A stretch of 64,000 bases of DNA from an uncultured Methanomicrobiaceae archaeon (GCA_963826525.1 CAWGXH010000004.1:224001-288000), one strand, 5' to 3'; positions 1-11,250 are shown, numbered from the stretch's first letter. Numbers and translations are program-made. The notes: generated by a model from the letters alone, not told the origin.

Positions 1-1189
1 ATCCTGCCTCTGATAGCACCGTTTCAATCTCGCGGATATGCTCATATCCCCGGGTCTCCATCTCGATATCCACACGGGACGCGAAGAGGGAAAGTTCCCT
101 GCCGTGCCTGGCGTGTTGAATCGTGAGGATATTTGCACGAAGACGGGTCAGGAGGGAGAGCAGTCCGACAAGCGCCCCGGGTTCGTCCTGCAGGCAGACC
201 GAAAACCGCATGATTCTTCCCGTCTCGAGGAGCTGCCGACGGAGAACCCGGTCGAGGATCAGCGGGTCGATGTTGCCGCCGCTGATGACGGGAACTACCC
301 GGCTTCCTTGCGGAACCCGGATACTGCCGTTCAGCAGAGCCGCGAGCGAAACGGCACCGGCACCTTCGGCAAGCACCTTCTTCCGCTCGAGGAGGTGGAT
401 GACGGCAGTAGCGATCTCCTCCTCGGTGACGAGAACTATCTCGTCGACCAGGTGCCGGATCACGGGGAACGTCTCCTTCCCTACCTGCCTGACCGTGATC
501 CCGTCCGCAATGGAGTACTCGGGATCGATGCTGACCCGCTCACCGGCCCGGCACGCTTCGCAGGCGGAGGGGCATGCCGCAGTCTCGACACCGATGATCC
601 GGACGGCCGGGTTGATCCCCTTGACGGCGGTGGCAAGACCGGCGGCGAGGCCGCCTCCGCCGATGGGGACGATGACGACGTCGGGTTCGGACAGATCCGA
701 AAGGATCTCAAGGCCGACGGTTCCCTGACCGGCAATAACGAGAGGGTCATCGTAGGGGTGGATATAAAAAAGACCTTCCCGGTCGGCCATCTCCTCTGCT
801 ATCGCCAGGCTCTCGGCCAGCCGCTCTCCCCGCAGAAGCACCCGGGCGCCGTAACTCCGGGTCGCCTCCTGCTTTGCGAGCGATGCGCTCTCCGGCATGA
901 CGATCGTTGCCGGAATACCGATCTCCCTGGCGGCAAGGGCAACTCCCTGCGCATGATTTCCCGCCGAGGCCGTGATGACACCGCCCGGCCCGATCGCATC
1001 ACGGCGGGCGAGGATGGCATTGGTTGCTCCGCGGATCTTAAACGACCCGGTCTTCTGCAGATTTTCGAGTTTGAGATAGACCTCTGCGCCGGTCATCCGG
1101 GAAAAACTCGGGGAGTGGATGAGCGGGGTAGCAATGACCCTTCCCCGCAGCCGCTCTGCAGCAAGGCGGACGTCATCCAGGGAGACCAT
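1..1189 (-). CDS. ilvA: Threonine ammonia-lyase (threonine dehydratase) with C-terminal ACT domain; 3' end runs off the window
   Basis: Not in the ORF track because it has no stop in the window. Manual minus-strand translation from ATG 1189 gives MVSLDDVRLAAERLRGRVIATPL...LKLENLQKTGSFKIRGA (PLP lysine), TASAGNHAQG, PIGGGGL, ISGGNID and ACT-like LQDEPGAL. Confidence 0.9.
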   Translation of the reverse strand, partial: MVSLDDVRLAAERLRGRVIATPLIHSPSFSRMTGAEVYLKLENLQKTGSFKIRGATNAILARRDAIGPGGVITASAGNHAQGVALAAREIGIPATIVMPESASLAKQEATRSYGARVLLRGERLAESLAIAEEMADREGLFYIHPYDDPLVIAGQGTVGLEILSDLSEPDVVIVPIGGGGLAAGLATAVKGINPAVRIIGVETAACPSACEACRAGERVSIDPEYSIADGITVRQVGKETFPVIRHLVDEIVLVTEEEIATAVIHLLERKKVLAEGAGAVSLAALLNGSIRVPQGSRVVPVISGGNIDPLILDRVLRRQLLETGRIMRFSVCLQDEPGALVGLLSLLTRLRANILTIQHARHGRELSLFASRVDIEMETRGYEHIREIETVLSEAG

Positions 1190-1216
1190 ACAGGGAAGAT
1201 GGCACGCTTCGCTCTA

Positions 1217-2235
1217 TTACTCTTTCGCCATGCTCACGGCACCGTGCGGGAGCTCATCCCCGATGCCGGAGAACTGCCGGGTCAGAGCACGGGTGCTCCT
1301 GGCGGGGATGCCGGCAGCAGGATCGAACCGGCGGCCGGCGAGCGCTGCAAAGACCTCTGCGACCGCCTCTCCGCACAACAGGCCGTACCCCCCTCAAGGA
1401 TGAAGGCAATGCCGCCGTCGTAGACGTCCATGATATCCTGGGTCATCCGCCCGTAATCTGCCGGCAGAAGACGCATCGAACCGAGAGGGTCGTCGGCGGA
1501 CGCATCAAACCCCGCCGATACCGCCACGATATCGGGTTTGAATCCCTCCAGAGCCGGACAGACAACCCGCTCGAAGACCAGGTCGTAGTCGGCACCACTG
1601 CAGCCCCACTCGAGGGGGAGATTGACCGTATACCCGGTGCCGGCGCCCGTCCCCCGCTCCTGCGGCCATCCGGTGCCGGGAAAGATCCCGGCCTGGTGCA
1701 CCGAGAGGTAGAGCACCCGATCGGTTGCAAAGAAGGCCTGCGCCGTGCCGTTGCCGTGGTGGACGTCCCAGTCGACGATGGCGACCCTCGGTGTCCCGCG
1801 AAGAGCCCCCGATACGGCGACGGCAATATTGTTGAAGAGGCAGAACCCCATCGCCCGCGTCCGGGTCGCATGATGTCCCGGCGGCCGCACGAACGCGAAT
1901 GCGTGGTCACCCTCCCGTGCCCGTTCGACCGCGAGACCGGCTGCTCCGGCGGCGGCGAGCGCGACCTCGAACGACCGCGACGTGACGTAGGTGTCGACGT
2001 CGAGGTAACAGACCTCTCCGGGGGGACAGCGGGCGGAATAATTCCGTACAGCGGCAACATGCTCTCCCGTATGCACGCGGAGGAGGTCATCCGGCGTCAC
2101 CGGATCGGCTTTGATCCGCTGCACATCTCCGGGCACGCCGCCGAGTGCACGCTCGAGACGTGCTTGCGACTCGGGATGGCAGGGGTCGTTATGGAGAGCG
2201 AAGATCGCATCCGTGATCGCATAGCAGGCAGGCAT
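1217..2235 (-). CDS. Histone deacetylase family protein (AcuC/HdaH-like); apparent frameshift near 1388
   Basis: RPPGHHA, GFCLFNN, DWDVHHGNGT and SAGFD motifs; the terminal LEGGY motif is broken by a 1-nt loss in a G-run, and the restored frame ends at TAA 1217. Confidence 0.88.
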
Positions 2236-2294
2236 GACCGGAGGTACCCGGACGACTACTTGAACCTATGCCGGAGAGGAAAAAGGCGGGGAAA

Positions 2295-2822
2295 TTAGTT
2301 TTTAAGGCAGGCAATCGCCGTATCGACGATTGAACCGAGTTCTTCGACCGTGAACCTCTCCGAAGAGAGCACGAGGTCATAGGGCGAGCAGTCGTTGATG
2401 TCGATATCGTAGTATCCAAGATAGCGTTCAGCCTCGCACCGCTGCCGCTCGAGGGTCTTTTCCCGGGCAGCCTCTTCACCGAGCTGGTCCCGGCCGGAGA
2501 TCCGTTCTGCCCGGCAGTGGAGCGAAGCGTTCAGCCAGATCTTCAGGTCGGCGTTCTCCACCATCCACCCCGAGAGTCTGCCTTCCACCACAATATCGTG
2601 GGAGCTCTCGCCAATCTCCTTCTGGCGGGCATCGATCATCCTATCGACCGACGGATCACGTTTCGCATACTCACCGAACGCGGAGAGATCCATCTCATGC
2701 TCGCGTGCGAGCTGGCGGAATACCTCACCGGCGGATATGAATGCGAGACCGTACTTCTCTGCAAGATACTTTGCAAGCGATGTCGTCCCGCTGCCGGGCG
2801 GCCCGCTCACGGTGATACGCAT
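2295..2822 (-). CDS. cmk: Cytidylate kinase, archaeal type
   Basis: MRITVSGPPGSGTTS P-loop, VEGRLSGW; usual position after secY-adk-DUF106. Confidence 0.93.
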   Translation of the reverse strand: MRITVSGPPGSGTTSLAKYLAEKYGLAFISAGEVFRQLAREHEMDLSAFGEYAKRDPSVDRMIDARQKEIGESSHDIVVEGRLSGWMVENADLKIWLNASLHCRAERISGRDQLGEEAAREKTLERQRCEAERYLGYYDIDINDCSPYDLVLSSERFTVEELGSIVDTAIACLKN

Positions 2823-3449
2823 CAGAGGCCTCCGATGTTGAGCGCCTTTCTGATCACCTGACTGATGGTGAGCGAGCAGATCATGTACCAGAGGATCCAT
2901 GCCGGAACAACCCAGAACGCGTTCGCCGCAAGGGCGACCTTCCCGAGGAAGGGGAGCACGATGGCGTTCGTAAGATTGAGGACATCAGACGCTCCGGTAT
3001 GGGGTAGCCTGAAGATGAGCCAGAAGAAGATAGGAACCGACAGCAGGAGAATGATCGCCATCGGCTGAAACTGCTGCTTGGACATCTCCATTTGATCCTG
3101 CATCATCCGGTCGCGCTTTCCTTCGAGTTTCTTGATCTTCTTCTCATCGCCGGAGAGACTGCGCCTCGCGGAAGTCCTTCTGGAAATCCTTCATCTTCGC
3201 CTGCACATCCTGCATCCGCTCGTAGTTAATGGTATACTTCTGGACGAGCGACGAGTAGACACCGGTCATGCCGGAGAGAATCATGATAACCACGAAGAAA
3301 GGCACCCCGTAGACATCGAGCAGCGGTCCGAGCAACGTATTCATCGCTGAGCCGACTCCCTGCCGTATCGGTTCGACACTGTAGGAGAGCATCACGAGGA
3401 GGGTAAAGAGGAGGGCAATCGTTGCACTATGTTTCTTCAGGTCTACCAT
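2822..3449 (-). CDS. DUF106 / EMC3-TMCO1 (Oxa1 superfamily) membrane insertase; frameshift near 3150
   Basis: ORFs 3144-3449 and 2822-3106 join into TM, coiled coil, QFQPM...WILWYMICSLTISQVIRKAL; conserved context. Confidence 0.85.
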
Positions 3450-3455
3450 AACGTG

Positions 3456-4031
3456 TTACCTCAGCACCTCGACCATCTCGGCGACGGCCCTGTCGAGGAG
3501 GTAATTTTCATTTCGGATAATCTTGATCGTGCAGCCGGTATACATCGCATACGCCGCAGATACCGAACGGTTGAACTGCTGGTGCTCCGCTATGGAGCGG
3601 CTGCCCTCCATATCGCGGACACGCGACTCGTCACCGAGGCGCCGGAGCAGAATCTGATCCTCATCGGTCTCGACGAGCACAATCACGTCGGGCATCAGTT
3701 CGCGCAGCACCCACTCGGGGAGCCCTGCAAGATACCCCTTCGGGGTCTTCACGCTGCTATGCGTATCGATGATCACGTTTGCGGTGCCGCTGATCGTTGC
3801 AATACCGGAAGCTGCCCCGCTCTGCAGGCGCTTCTGCACGTCCCGGTCGAGTCTGCGCATCTCGTCGCGGTTGCTGGCAAGTTTCTCTTTCTCAGCAAGC
3901 TCGAACATGAACGTGCCAAAATTGATCGATTCGTAGGTGATTCCCTCGCTTGAGAGTTTCTCCATCGCACCGGTGATAACGGTGGTCTTCCCGACACCGG
4001 GAACCCCCGTAACGACGACTTTCTTTCCCAA
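3456..4031 (-). CDS. adkA: Adenylate kinase, archaeal
   Basis: VTGVPGVGKTT, DTH, GYLAGLP motifs. Confidence 0.95.
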   Translation of the reverse strand: MGKKVVVTGVPGVGKTTVITGAMEKLSSEGITYESINFGTFMFELAEKEKLASNRDEMRRLDRDVQKRLQSGAASGIATISGTANVIIDTHSSVKTPKGYLAGLPEWVLRELMPDVIVLVETDEDQILLRRLGDESRVRDMEGSRSIAEHQQFNRSVSAAYAMYTGCTIKIIRNENYLLDRAVAEMVEVLR

Positions 4032-4158
4032 CTTCTCTCACTCCTATGGGTAACTCATGCGGACACACACTTCATCAAGGGAGATCCGAAACGATCTCGC
4101 TCGATGACGTGCGGCCCCCTGCGGCCTCACTCATTCCGGAGTAGATCCTGCGAGGGTC

Positions 4159-5592
4159 CTACTCCTTCCCAAAGAACTGCCGCATGAACGGGTACATCTC
4201 CATGATCTGCTGGCTCGCGATCTCTTCGTAGAGACGATAGGTGATACTCACCGCAAGCAGCAGACCGGTACCACCGACTGCGCCGATAATGCCGAAGAGG
4301 TTTGCAACCACACTCAGCACACCGATGAACGCGCCACCGATGACAGTGACCCTCGGGATATACCGATCCAGGTACTTCTCGAGCACCTGGGCATTGCGCC
4401 GGTACCCGGGGATGTGCATCCCGCTCATCTGGATCTGGCGGGCAACGTCCTTGGAATCAAGGCCGGCCGTCTTAATCCAGAAGAGGGCGAATACCGCACC
4501 CCCGACCACCATGAATGTGATATCAACGCCCATACGTATGAGGATTTCCCACGGGGCGTGCCCGAGGTCGCTGAGCCACCACATCCAGTCCTGCGGGGAG
4601 TTGATAGGGGCGAGGTAGTACATGAGACCGTTAACCGGCGTCTGCCCCTGATACTCACCGAAGATGGTAATGCCCACGTTCGAGAGGAACAGTCCTATCA
4701 TCTGGATGTTCGCCTGCAGCACACGGACGAGGATCATCGGCAGCACGCTGGCGTAGATGAGCTTTACCGGGAACCGTGCACGGGCTCCGCGGACGGCCGT
4801 ATGGGCAAGCGGGATCTCAATCCGGGTCGACTCGACGTAGACGACGACCAGGAAGATCGCGAGAGTCGTGATGAGGGCGAGGACATCCGTTCCGAAGTAC
4901 TCGAGGAAATTTCCACCCTCCATAGCGATGGAAAAGAGTCTCGGGAAGAATCCGACCGGGAACTGATCACTCACTGCCTCCCAGTTCAGGAACCCGTTCA
5001 CGAGACCCTCCGAGACACCGGCGACGATGAAGAGCCCCACACCGGAGCCGACACCCCACTTGGTGACCACCTCATCCATGAACATCACCAGCACTCCGCC
5101 GATGCAGATCTGGATAAAGATCAGGAGCGAGACGATCGCCATATTACCGCCGAAGAGATCCATGGCGACTGCAGGGTCGGGGAGCATGGACCCACCCACG
5201 ATCATCGGGAGAGCCTCGACGACGATCATCACGAAGATGAGCATCTTCTGCAGGCCCATGTACATGACCTGTCCACGCGCCTCGCTGGTATCTATCTGCA
5301 GGATATCGGCACCCTTGAGCAGCTGCAGCACGATCGATGCGGTGACGATCGGCCCAATACCGAGATGCAGGATCGAACCGCTCGCACCGGCAAGCAGGGC
5401 TCGGTAAAATGAGAAGAAATCTTGCGACTCAGGAGAGAGTCCGAAGACAGTAATATTTGTCAGCACGAAGTACAGGAGCAGAATCCCGAGCGTCCACAAC
5501 AGTTTATTTTTGAAGTGAACGTGGCCCTCCGGACTTTTGACCGCAGGCATTGCTGCAAGCAAGGGTTCAAGTCTATCCAGCAGACTCGCCAT
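4159..5592 (-). CDS. secY: Preprotein translocase subunit SecY
   Basis: LGIGPIVTASIVLQLL, KWGVGSGVGLFI, GGTGLLLAV; multi-TM. Confidence 0.98.
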   Translation of the reverse strand: MASLLDRLEPLLAAMPAVKSPEGHVHFKNKLLWTLGILLLYFVLTNITVFGLSPESQDFFSFYRALLAGASGSILHLGIGPIVTASIVLQLLKGADILQIDTSEARGQVMYMGLQKMLIFVMIVVEALPMIVGGSMLPDPAVAMDLFGGNMAIVSLLIFIQICIGGVLVMFMDEVVTKWGVGSGVGLFIVAGVSEGLVNGFLNWEAVSDQFPVGFFPRLFSIAMEGGNFLEYFGTDVLALITTLAIFLVVVYVESTRIEIPLAHTAVRGARARFPVKLIYASVLPMILVRVLQANIQMIGLFLSNVGITIFGEYQGQTPVNGLMYYLAPINSPQDWMWWLSDLGHAPWEILIRMGVDITFMVVGGAVFALFWIKTAGLDSKDVARQIQMSGMHIPGYRRNAQVLEKYLDRYIPRVTVIGGAFIGVLSVVANLFGIIGAVGGTGLLLAVSITYRLYEEIASQQIMEMYPFMRQFFGKE

Positions 5593-5614
5593 AGTTTCAC
5601 CTGGAAAAATTTAG

Positions 5615-6040
5615 TTAAGCGGTGGTTGCCTGACCGCCCATCTCTTCAATCTTTGCCTTGGCACGTTCTGAGAACGCTCCGGCAGAAATATTCAGTTTTC
5701 GGGTGACTTTTCCGCCACCGAGAACTTTCTCGACACCGATGTCAGAGGCCTCGATGGTTATCAGGTCGCCCTCCGCCGTCGCAAGACCGTTCTGGAGGAG
5801 TGCGTCCACCATCTGGTCGATATCCCCGATATCGAGAACGTTCACGGATACGCCCGTCTTCGAGACGAACCCGTGCTTTCCGTTGTGTACCTCACCGTAG
5901 AGCAGGAAGTGGGTGAAGCGGTGGTCACGGTGACCTGCCCGTCCTCGTCCTCCCCTGTTTCCGGCACCGCGCCTGTTCTTGTGCGTTCCGCCTCCGCAGG
6001 TCCGCGAGCCTCTGTATTTGGATCTCTTATTTACCGGCAC
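5615..6040 (-). CDS. rpl15: 50S ribosomal protein uL15
   Basis: RGSRTCGGGTHKNRRGAGNRGGRG; probable GTG start at 6040. Confidence 0.95.
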   Translation of the reverse strand: MPVNKRSKYRGSRTCGGGTHKNRRGAGNRGGRGRAGHRDHRFTHFLLYGEVHNGKHGFVSKTGVSVNVLDIGDIDQMVDALLQNGLATAEGDLITIEASDIGVEKVLGGGKVTRKLNISAGAFSERAKAKIEEMGGQATTA

Positions 6041-6045
6041 CCATC

Positions 6046-6507
6046 TCACCTCATTTTGTGGAGGAGATCATTGATCTCACAGCCATAGTAGCCGAGAGCC
6101 CCACCCTGCTGAAAGGTTCGCTTGATAGTTTTATAGCCCTTTCGAGGTGGATGCAGTCTCAGCACCGGCTTCATCTCAGCCACGTCCTTGATATCGGCAT
6201 CGCCGTTCACGAGTGCCTGCGCATACTCCTCGATGCTGCCGAACCGGGTCGTCTCCCGGATATACTCGTCGGTCAGCTTCTGGTCACCGGTGAGTCTTCC
6301 ACGGGTGCGCAGAACGGTAGCGAGCGTATCAGCGTCGACTTCGCCATACGCGACGAAGTCCTTTACCTTCCGGATCATACCGAGGTATGCCGGGGTATCG
6401 GGAACGATGACACAGTGGTTGATGTGGTGCAGACGGAGCATCTTCAGAGTATCCTTGATCTCGCGTCCGGTATTGACAACGCCACGTACCTGAACAACTG
6501 CGTACAT
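6046..6507 (-). CDS. rpl30: 50S ribosomal protein uL30
   Basis: [17 protein letters not shown]. Confidence 0.96.
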   Translation of the reverse strand: MYAVVQVRGVVNTGREIKDTLKMLRLHHINHCVIVPDTPAYLGMIRKVKDFVAYGEVDADTLATVLRTRGRLTGDQKLTDEYIRETTRFGSIEEYAQALVNGDADIKDVAEMKPVLRLHPPRKGYKTIKRTFQQGGALGYYGCEINDLLHKMR

Positions 6508-7124
6508 TATTCCAAACCTCCGATCCGCACCATATTCGTCTGCTTCAGCGCCTCGAAAGTCGCTTTTGCAAAGTTAATAGTCGTCCTGGTCTGTCCCCGG
6601 GTAAATGCCCAGACATCCTTGACGCCTGCCAGCTGCAGTACCTTCTTTGAGATGTCTCCGGTCACAAGACCGAGTCCCTGCGGTGCCGGCTTGAGCGTCA
6701 CCTTGACACTGCCTGCCTTGCCCGTCACTTCGACCGGGATAGAGTGAGACAGGTCGCAGCCGCACTCCCAGCTTCCACAGCCTCTCCTGACCTTCAGGAC
6801 ATTGAGTTTTGCGTCTGCAATTGCTTTCTGGATTGCATTGCCGACCTGCGCATCCTTGCCCTGACCGAAACCGACATACCCGTTACGGTTGCCGACAACC
6901 ACCACAGCACGGAACTTTACACGGCGACCCGAATCGGTCATCCGCTGCACCATGTTAATGTCGAGCACTTCATCCTCAAGGTCGGACAGCAGCGCATCGA
7001 CGATCTGAGGTTCTTTGATCGGATGGCCGCTCGCGAGCACCTCGTCGATGCTCGTGATCTCGCCTGCGGCAACAGCCCGGCCAAGACCAGTGAGCGGAAC
7101 CCATTCAACATGTTCGTACGCCAT
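6507..7124 (-). CDS. rps5: 30S ribosomal protein uS5
   Basis: [29 protein letters not shown]; C-terminal half of ORF 6507-7562. Confidence 0.95.
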   Translation of the reverse strand: MAYEHVEWVPLTGLGRAVAAGEITSIDEVLASGHPIKEPQIVDALLSDLEDEVLDINMVQRMTDSGRRVKFRAVVVVGNRNGYVGFGQGKDAQVGNAIQKAIADAKLNVLKVRRGCGSWECGCDLSHSIPVEVTGKAGSVKVTLKPAPQGLGLVTGDISKKVLQLAGVKDVWAFTRGQTRTTINFAKATFEALKQTNMVRIGGLE

Positions 7125-7125
7125 A

Positions 7126-7654
7126 TCACGCCACTCCTTCATAATGGCATCTGCCACTTTCTCTACGTTCTCAACCAAATTCCCGGCCCTTTCGGGAGCA
7201 TACTCTGCGATATGGGTACCTTTGAGACGGCTCTCGTCAGGAAGAATGGACTCCCCGTAAGGCACCTCAAGTCCGGCATCGACCGCACCTTTCAGTGCAG
7301 CAAAGACCCGTGCGCCGGGTTTTGCCCTGTTCAGGCCAATATCCAGAATTGCCTCATCATATCCTGCATTCAGTGCCTTTGCGGCAAAGAGCATCCCGGT
7401 GAGGTATGCTGCAGGCGTGTTCGAGGTCGAGCCCTCGTAGCCGTATGCTGCAAGCTCGCTCGAGTACGCCGCGATCAGCGTCTTATCGCCGATCATCTCG
7501 GGAACGACCAGCCTGCACGATGATCTGGCGGTTCGTCTTCCGAACGACCATGCGGGGCGCATCGGCGACCAGAAGGTTCATGCGTTTGTAGTAGTCGGTC
7601 TTCCCTTCTTTTCTCCTGCGGAAGGGAACAAAGTATCTCAGGTCCGGTTGCCAT
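7126..7654 (-). CDS. rpl18: 50S ribosomal protein uL18; indels near 7520 and 7135
   Basis: N-terminus [16 protein letters not shown], then [29 protein letters not shown]. Confidence 0.92.
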
Positions 7655-8106
7655 TATTTCATCCTCCCAGCCTGGAGTTCCACCTGTGCTTTCAGGTGTG
7701 CAACACTGCGGAACTGACCGCCCGAAGATCGCCGGTACATCAGACGATACAGGGGGCGCTCGATAGTTCCATCGTCCCGCATCTCGCGGAGCACCCGGCG
7801 CTGTGCACGGACCTTGCGGATCCAGACGCGCTTGCTCGGGTTGCGTGCACCTGCGGCACCTTTCCTCGAACCGGGGCCTTTACGGTGACCGTACGCCCTC
7901 TTGGCAATCGTCTCCCGTGCCCTGCCACGGCTGTTTCCTTTCACACGCCGTGCCTTGACTGCTCCCTCGTCAATGAGACCACGCAGGTCTTCACGGGAAA
8001 TAGCAGCCTCGATATCAGCCATTCGCTCGGGGTCGAGCCATATGCGGTTCAGACCGCACTTCAGGATCGAGGCGGAGATACGCCTCTGGTTAACGAGATC
8101 ACTCAT
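7654..8106 (-). CDS. rpl19e: 50S ribosomal protein eL19
   Basis: QRRISASILKCG, GHRKGPGSRKG. Confidence 0.96.
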   Translation of the reverse strand: MSDLVNQRRISASILKCGLNRIWLDPERMADIEAAISREDLRGLIDEGAVKARRVKGNSRGRARETIAKRAYGHRKGPGSRKGAAGARNPSKRVWIRKVRAQRRVLREMRDDGTIERPLYRLMYRRSSGGQFRSVAHLKAQVELQAGRMK

Positions 8107-8527
8107 TCTCGCTCACCTCCGGTGCAGACTCTGTTTCCGGGGCGGTTACTGCCTTTGCGTTCAGGACTTTCAGACCGAGTCTGAGTGCCTGCTCCTGGAT
8201 GATCGCCCGCTTTCTGCCGCCGACCGTTCCGCCGATCCTGACGGCCTGGGTCTTCGGGTCCACTCCGGCAAGCTCGCTCGGAGCAAAAACCAGTACATCC
8301 TCAAATCCGCTCGGGTGCAGTCCGCGTACGGCAGCGGGGCTTCCGTATCCCGGCTGAGGGATTGCTCCCTTGGCCTTGAATTGTCTCCGCTGCTTGTTGT
8401 GCAGACCGCGCGGGCGTCTCCACGTGTCCTCCAGCTGCTTCTTCTGCGCAAGGCCTCTGCGCTTGAAGCTCGGCTTGTTGTGCTGTGAACGGACACGGAT
8501 TAATCTCTTTCTCTCTTCCATCTCCAT
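8099..8527 (-). CDS. rpl32e: 50S ribosomal protein eL32
   Basis: WRRPRGLHNKQR, GYGSPAAVRGLHPSG. Confidence 0.96.
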   Translation of the reverse strand: MEMEERKRLIRVRSQHNKPSFKRRGLAQKKQLEDTWRRPRGLHNKQRRQFKAKGAIPQPGYGSPAAVRGLHPSGFEDVLVFAPSELAGVDPKTQAVRIGGTVGGRKRAIIQEQALRLGLKVLNAKAVTAPETESAPEVSENE

Positions 8528-9051
8528 CACGCCTTCTCGATGATATAGATACCATCCTGGAACACACGGGGATCGCGCTTGGTGATCTTGGTGGCATGCT
8601 CGATATTCGCTGCGGTGTTCCCTACCTTCTCCTTGTCGATGCCGCTCACGGTGACCTCGTCGTTGCCGATCTTCACGGTCACGCCCGGCACGATCTTTGC
8701 GATACGGGCCTGCTTCTCGCCAAGGAAGTTGTTGATCTCGAGGCGATCGCTCTGCAGCTTCATCTGGATCGGGAAATGACTGTACACCACTTTCATGTTG
8801 TACTCAAACCCGTTCCGGACACCCCGGATCAAGTTCTTCGAATGCGCTTCAATCGTTCCGCACATTGCGAGGATCTGCTTCTTGTCGGAGCGGGTGGAGA
8901 TGACGAGTTCGCCGTTCTCGATCGCGATTCTGATCTGCGGGAACCGCATATCGCGCTCGTTGCTGCCTTTCGCACCGGAGACCTTCAGAATCGTCCCTTC
9001 GAGGGTGACCGTCACGTCGCCCGGGATCTCAACAGTTCTTGTGATTCCCAT
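8527..9051 (-). CDS. rpl6: 50S ribosomal protein uL6
   Basis: YSHFP, NFLGEK, DPRVFQDGIY. Confidence 0.97.
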   Translation of the reverse strand: MGITRTVEIPGDVTVTLEGTILKVSGAKGSNERDMRFPQIRIAIENGELVISTRSDKKQILAMCGTIEAHSKNLIRGVRNGFEYNMKVVYSHFPIQMKLQSDRLEINNFLGEKQARIAKIVPGVTVKIGNDEVTVSGIDKEKVGNTAANIEHATKITKRDPRVFQDGIYIIEKA

Positions 9052-9065
9052 CTCTGCAACTCCCT

Positions 9066-9458
9066 CTAGTAGACGTATCCCAGCAGCTGACCGCCGATAC
9101 CCTCGGCCCGTGCCTGTTCGTGAGACATGACGCCGCGTGAGGTGGAGACGATGAGAATGCCGAAGTTCTTGGCCGGGAGAAACTGTGACTCCCAGTATTC
9201 CATCTCATCGAGACCCACTGCAAACCGCTGCGAGACTGCACCGCATTTATTGATGGTACCGCGAAGCTGGACGCGGAACTGACCGCCACGTCCGTCTTCG
9301 ATGAACTCGAAGCCGGCGATATAGTTCTTCTCCTCCATGATGCGCAGCATTGCGCCGAGGAGTTTGCTAGCCGGTTCGATGTACACTTCGCTCTTGCCTA
9401 CATCACCGGCGTTCTTGATAGTGCACATCGCGTCGGCAATTGGATTTAATCGTGCCAT
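9066..9458 (-). CDS. rps8: 30S ribosomal protein uS8
   Basis: [24 protein letters not shown]. Confidence 0.97.
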   Translation of the reverse strand: MARLNPIADAMCTIKNAGDVGKSEVYIEPASKLLGAMLRIMEEKNYIAGFEFIEDGRGGQFRVQLRGTINKCGAVSQRFAVGLDEMEYWESQFLPAKNFGILIVSTSRGVMSHEQARAEGIGGQLLGYVY

Positions 9459-9469
9459 ATTCGAATCCC

Positions 9470-9649
9470 TCAGTTCATCTTCTTAAAGCCCATCTTCGAT
9501 GCCCACTCGCGGAAGCACTGGCGGCAGAAGTAGATATTGTACCGGCGTACCAGACCCTGCTTGCGTGCGCAGATGCGGCACTCGTTCGCACCGCGGCCGA
9601 ACTTCTTTGCAGAACTTCCTTCGGGGGTGTTTTTCTTCTGTTCTGCCAT
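9470..9649 (-). CDS. rps14: 30S ribosomal protein uS14
   Basis: CRIC...CRQCFRE zinc motif. Confidence 0.95.
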   Translation of the reverse strand: MAEQKKNTPEGSSAKKFGRGANECRICARKQGLVRRYNIYFCRQCFREWASKMGFKKMN

Positions 9650-9653
9650 TGTA

Positions 9654-10157
9654 TTACACCTCCACCTGGTAGCGCTCACGCATGAACGCTATCGCTTCGT
9701 CCTTGCTCACTTTCTGCTTGGCAGGGATCTTCCGCCGCTCGGCGAGTCTTCGTGCAATCCGAACGCCCTTGCGCTCCAGGACGACGTTGACATCCATGCC
9801 GTAGATACCGATCGTCGGATCGTAGCTCATGCCGGGGAAGTCGGTGTGTTCTTCGATACCGAAGGAGACGTTCCCTGTCCGGTCGAACTGCGATATGGCA
9901 AGGTCCCGCTCGATGATTGCGAGAGCGGTCTGTACGAACGACTCCGCAGTCTTTCTCCGGAGCGTGACCTTGCACCCGATCGGGGCGCCCTTCCTGATAC
10001 CGAACGCCGGCTGCGTCCTCTTCGCGATAGTGCGAACGGGTTTCTGGCCGGTGATAGCTTTTACGATCTCCTCGGCCTTTACCAGTCGTTCGCCGCTCTC
10101 GCCGACGCCCATGTGAACAATGACCTTATCGATATAGATATCCTGCATTGCGGTCAT
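9654..10157 (-). CDS. rpl5: 50S ribosomal protein uL5
   Basis: [32 protein letters not shown]. Confidence 0.97.
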   Translation of the reverse strand: MTAMQDIYIDKVIVHMGVGESGERLVKAEEIVKAITGQKPVRTIAKRTQPAFGIRKGAPIGCKVTLRRKTAESFVQTALAIIERDLAISQFDRTGNVSFGIEEHTDFPGMSYDPTIGIYGMDVNVVLERKGVRIARRLAERRKIPAKQKVSKDEAIAFMRERYQVEV

Positions 10158-10885
10158 TCTTCAGCCTCCAGCTGCAGTTCGCCGGGAACATACCCGGAGC
10201 GGCCGACCATGAAGATGTACTCGTCGATGGTGTCGAACCGGGTGTTTGAACCCATATCCTCAAGTGTTACGCGGTTTGGAACGCTGCTCGGGGTCTTCGT
10301 GATCTCGACGATGGTGCCGATCATACCGGAGTGGCGTCCACCGATGATCATGGCCGTATTGCCGACCGCGAAGGGGAAATGATCCGTGATGGTGAAGCGG
10401 TTCTCGCCTTCGAGCGTGAGGACGATCGAGTCCTTCGGCTTGTAGGTGTTGTCGGCGAGGACGTTGGCACCGTAGTTGAGGTTGAGCTGCACCCTGCCGC
10501 CACTGACGATCGTCTTGTTGCGGATTCTGCAGAGACGGGACTGTGCCGCCGCCTCGGGGATCTCGACGGAGACCAGCCTGCCACGCACGTCCAGCTGAAC
10601 CCGGTAGTACCGTCCGATCTTCGGGATCGCGATGATATCGAAGACTCCGATACCGATCTTCGGGTCACGGGCGGGCTTGCCGTTCAGGATGACTGCGTGC
10701 TGCGAGAGGATCTGCTTGACCTCTTTCATATTGTTGGCAAGGCCTGCATGTTCCCGGAGCCAGACGCCGATCGGCATTGCCTGTCCGCTGTGCGGGCCCG
10801 GGGCCGTCTTCGATACGAATTTCTTTACTTTCTTTGGAATGTGCCACGAGTCGGGTGCCACCAGACGCTTCAGATGCTTCGACAT
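10154..10885 (-). CDS. rps4e: 30S ribosomal protein eS4
   Basis: [23 protein letters not shown]. Confidence 0.96.
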   Translation of the reverse strand: MSKHLKRLVAPDSWHIPKKVKKFVSKTAPGPHSGQAMPIGVWLREHAGLANNMKEVKQILSQHAVILNGKPARDPKIGIGVFDIIAIPKIGRYYRVQLDVRGRLVSVEIPEAAAQSRLCRIRNKTIVSGGRVQLNLNYGANVLADNTYKPKDSIVLTLEGENRFTITDHFPFAVGNTAMIIGGRHSGMIGTIVEITKTPSSVPNRVTLEDMGSNTRFDTIDEYIFMVGRSGYVPGELQLEAEE

Positions 10886-11250
10886 TATTGACCCTCCCCA
10901 AGTCTCGTCTCACGCAGTTTGTCCTTGAGGTTGAGCTTCGTGATCTGCACGTTCGAGGGATCGACCGGACGCGGAACCTCGGTTCCGTCGGCCTTGGTCA
11001 CCATCACGCCGTGCACGAGCAGTTTGCACTTGTTCATATCGACTCCGTCGACAATGCCTTCCTCACCGGCGAAGTCGCCGCGGAAGACCTTGACGGTGTC
11101 TCCCGTGATGACCCGCGTCCGGCGGGTGCTGTACTTCTCCCGGAGCGCCGGAGCAAGCGGAGCGGAAAGGAACCGTCCCTTCTGATGAATGGGTGCGGTA
11201 TAGCGTGCTTTGCGCTGTTTTCTTGGTTGTTTACTGATTACGCGAACCAT
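10885..11250 (-). CDS. rpl24: 50S ribosomal protein uL24
   Basis: SKQPRKQRK, GDTVKVFRGD, DPSNVQITKL. Confidence 0.96.
   Translation of the reverse strand: MVRVISKQPRKQRKARYTAPIHQKGRFLSAPLAPALREKYSTRRTRVITGDTVKVFRGDFAGEEGIVDGVDMNKCKLLVHGVMVTKADGTEVPRPVDPSNVQITKLNLKDKLRETRLGEGQ

Noticed and set aside
38-1423. 461-aa plus-strand ORF, and other long antisense ORFs such as 43804-45300 and 54103-55509
   Set aside because: Shadow frames of real opposite-strand genes in GC-rich DNA.
6507-7562. Apparent uL18-uS5 fusion ORF
   Set aside because: Explained by a single-base loss just before the rpl18 stop; rps5 has its own ATG at 7124.
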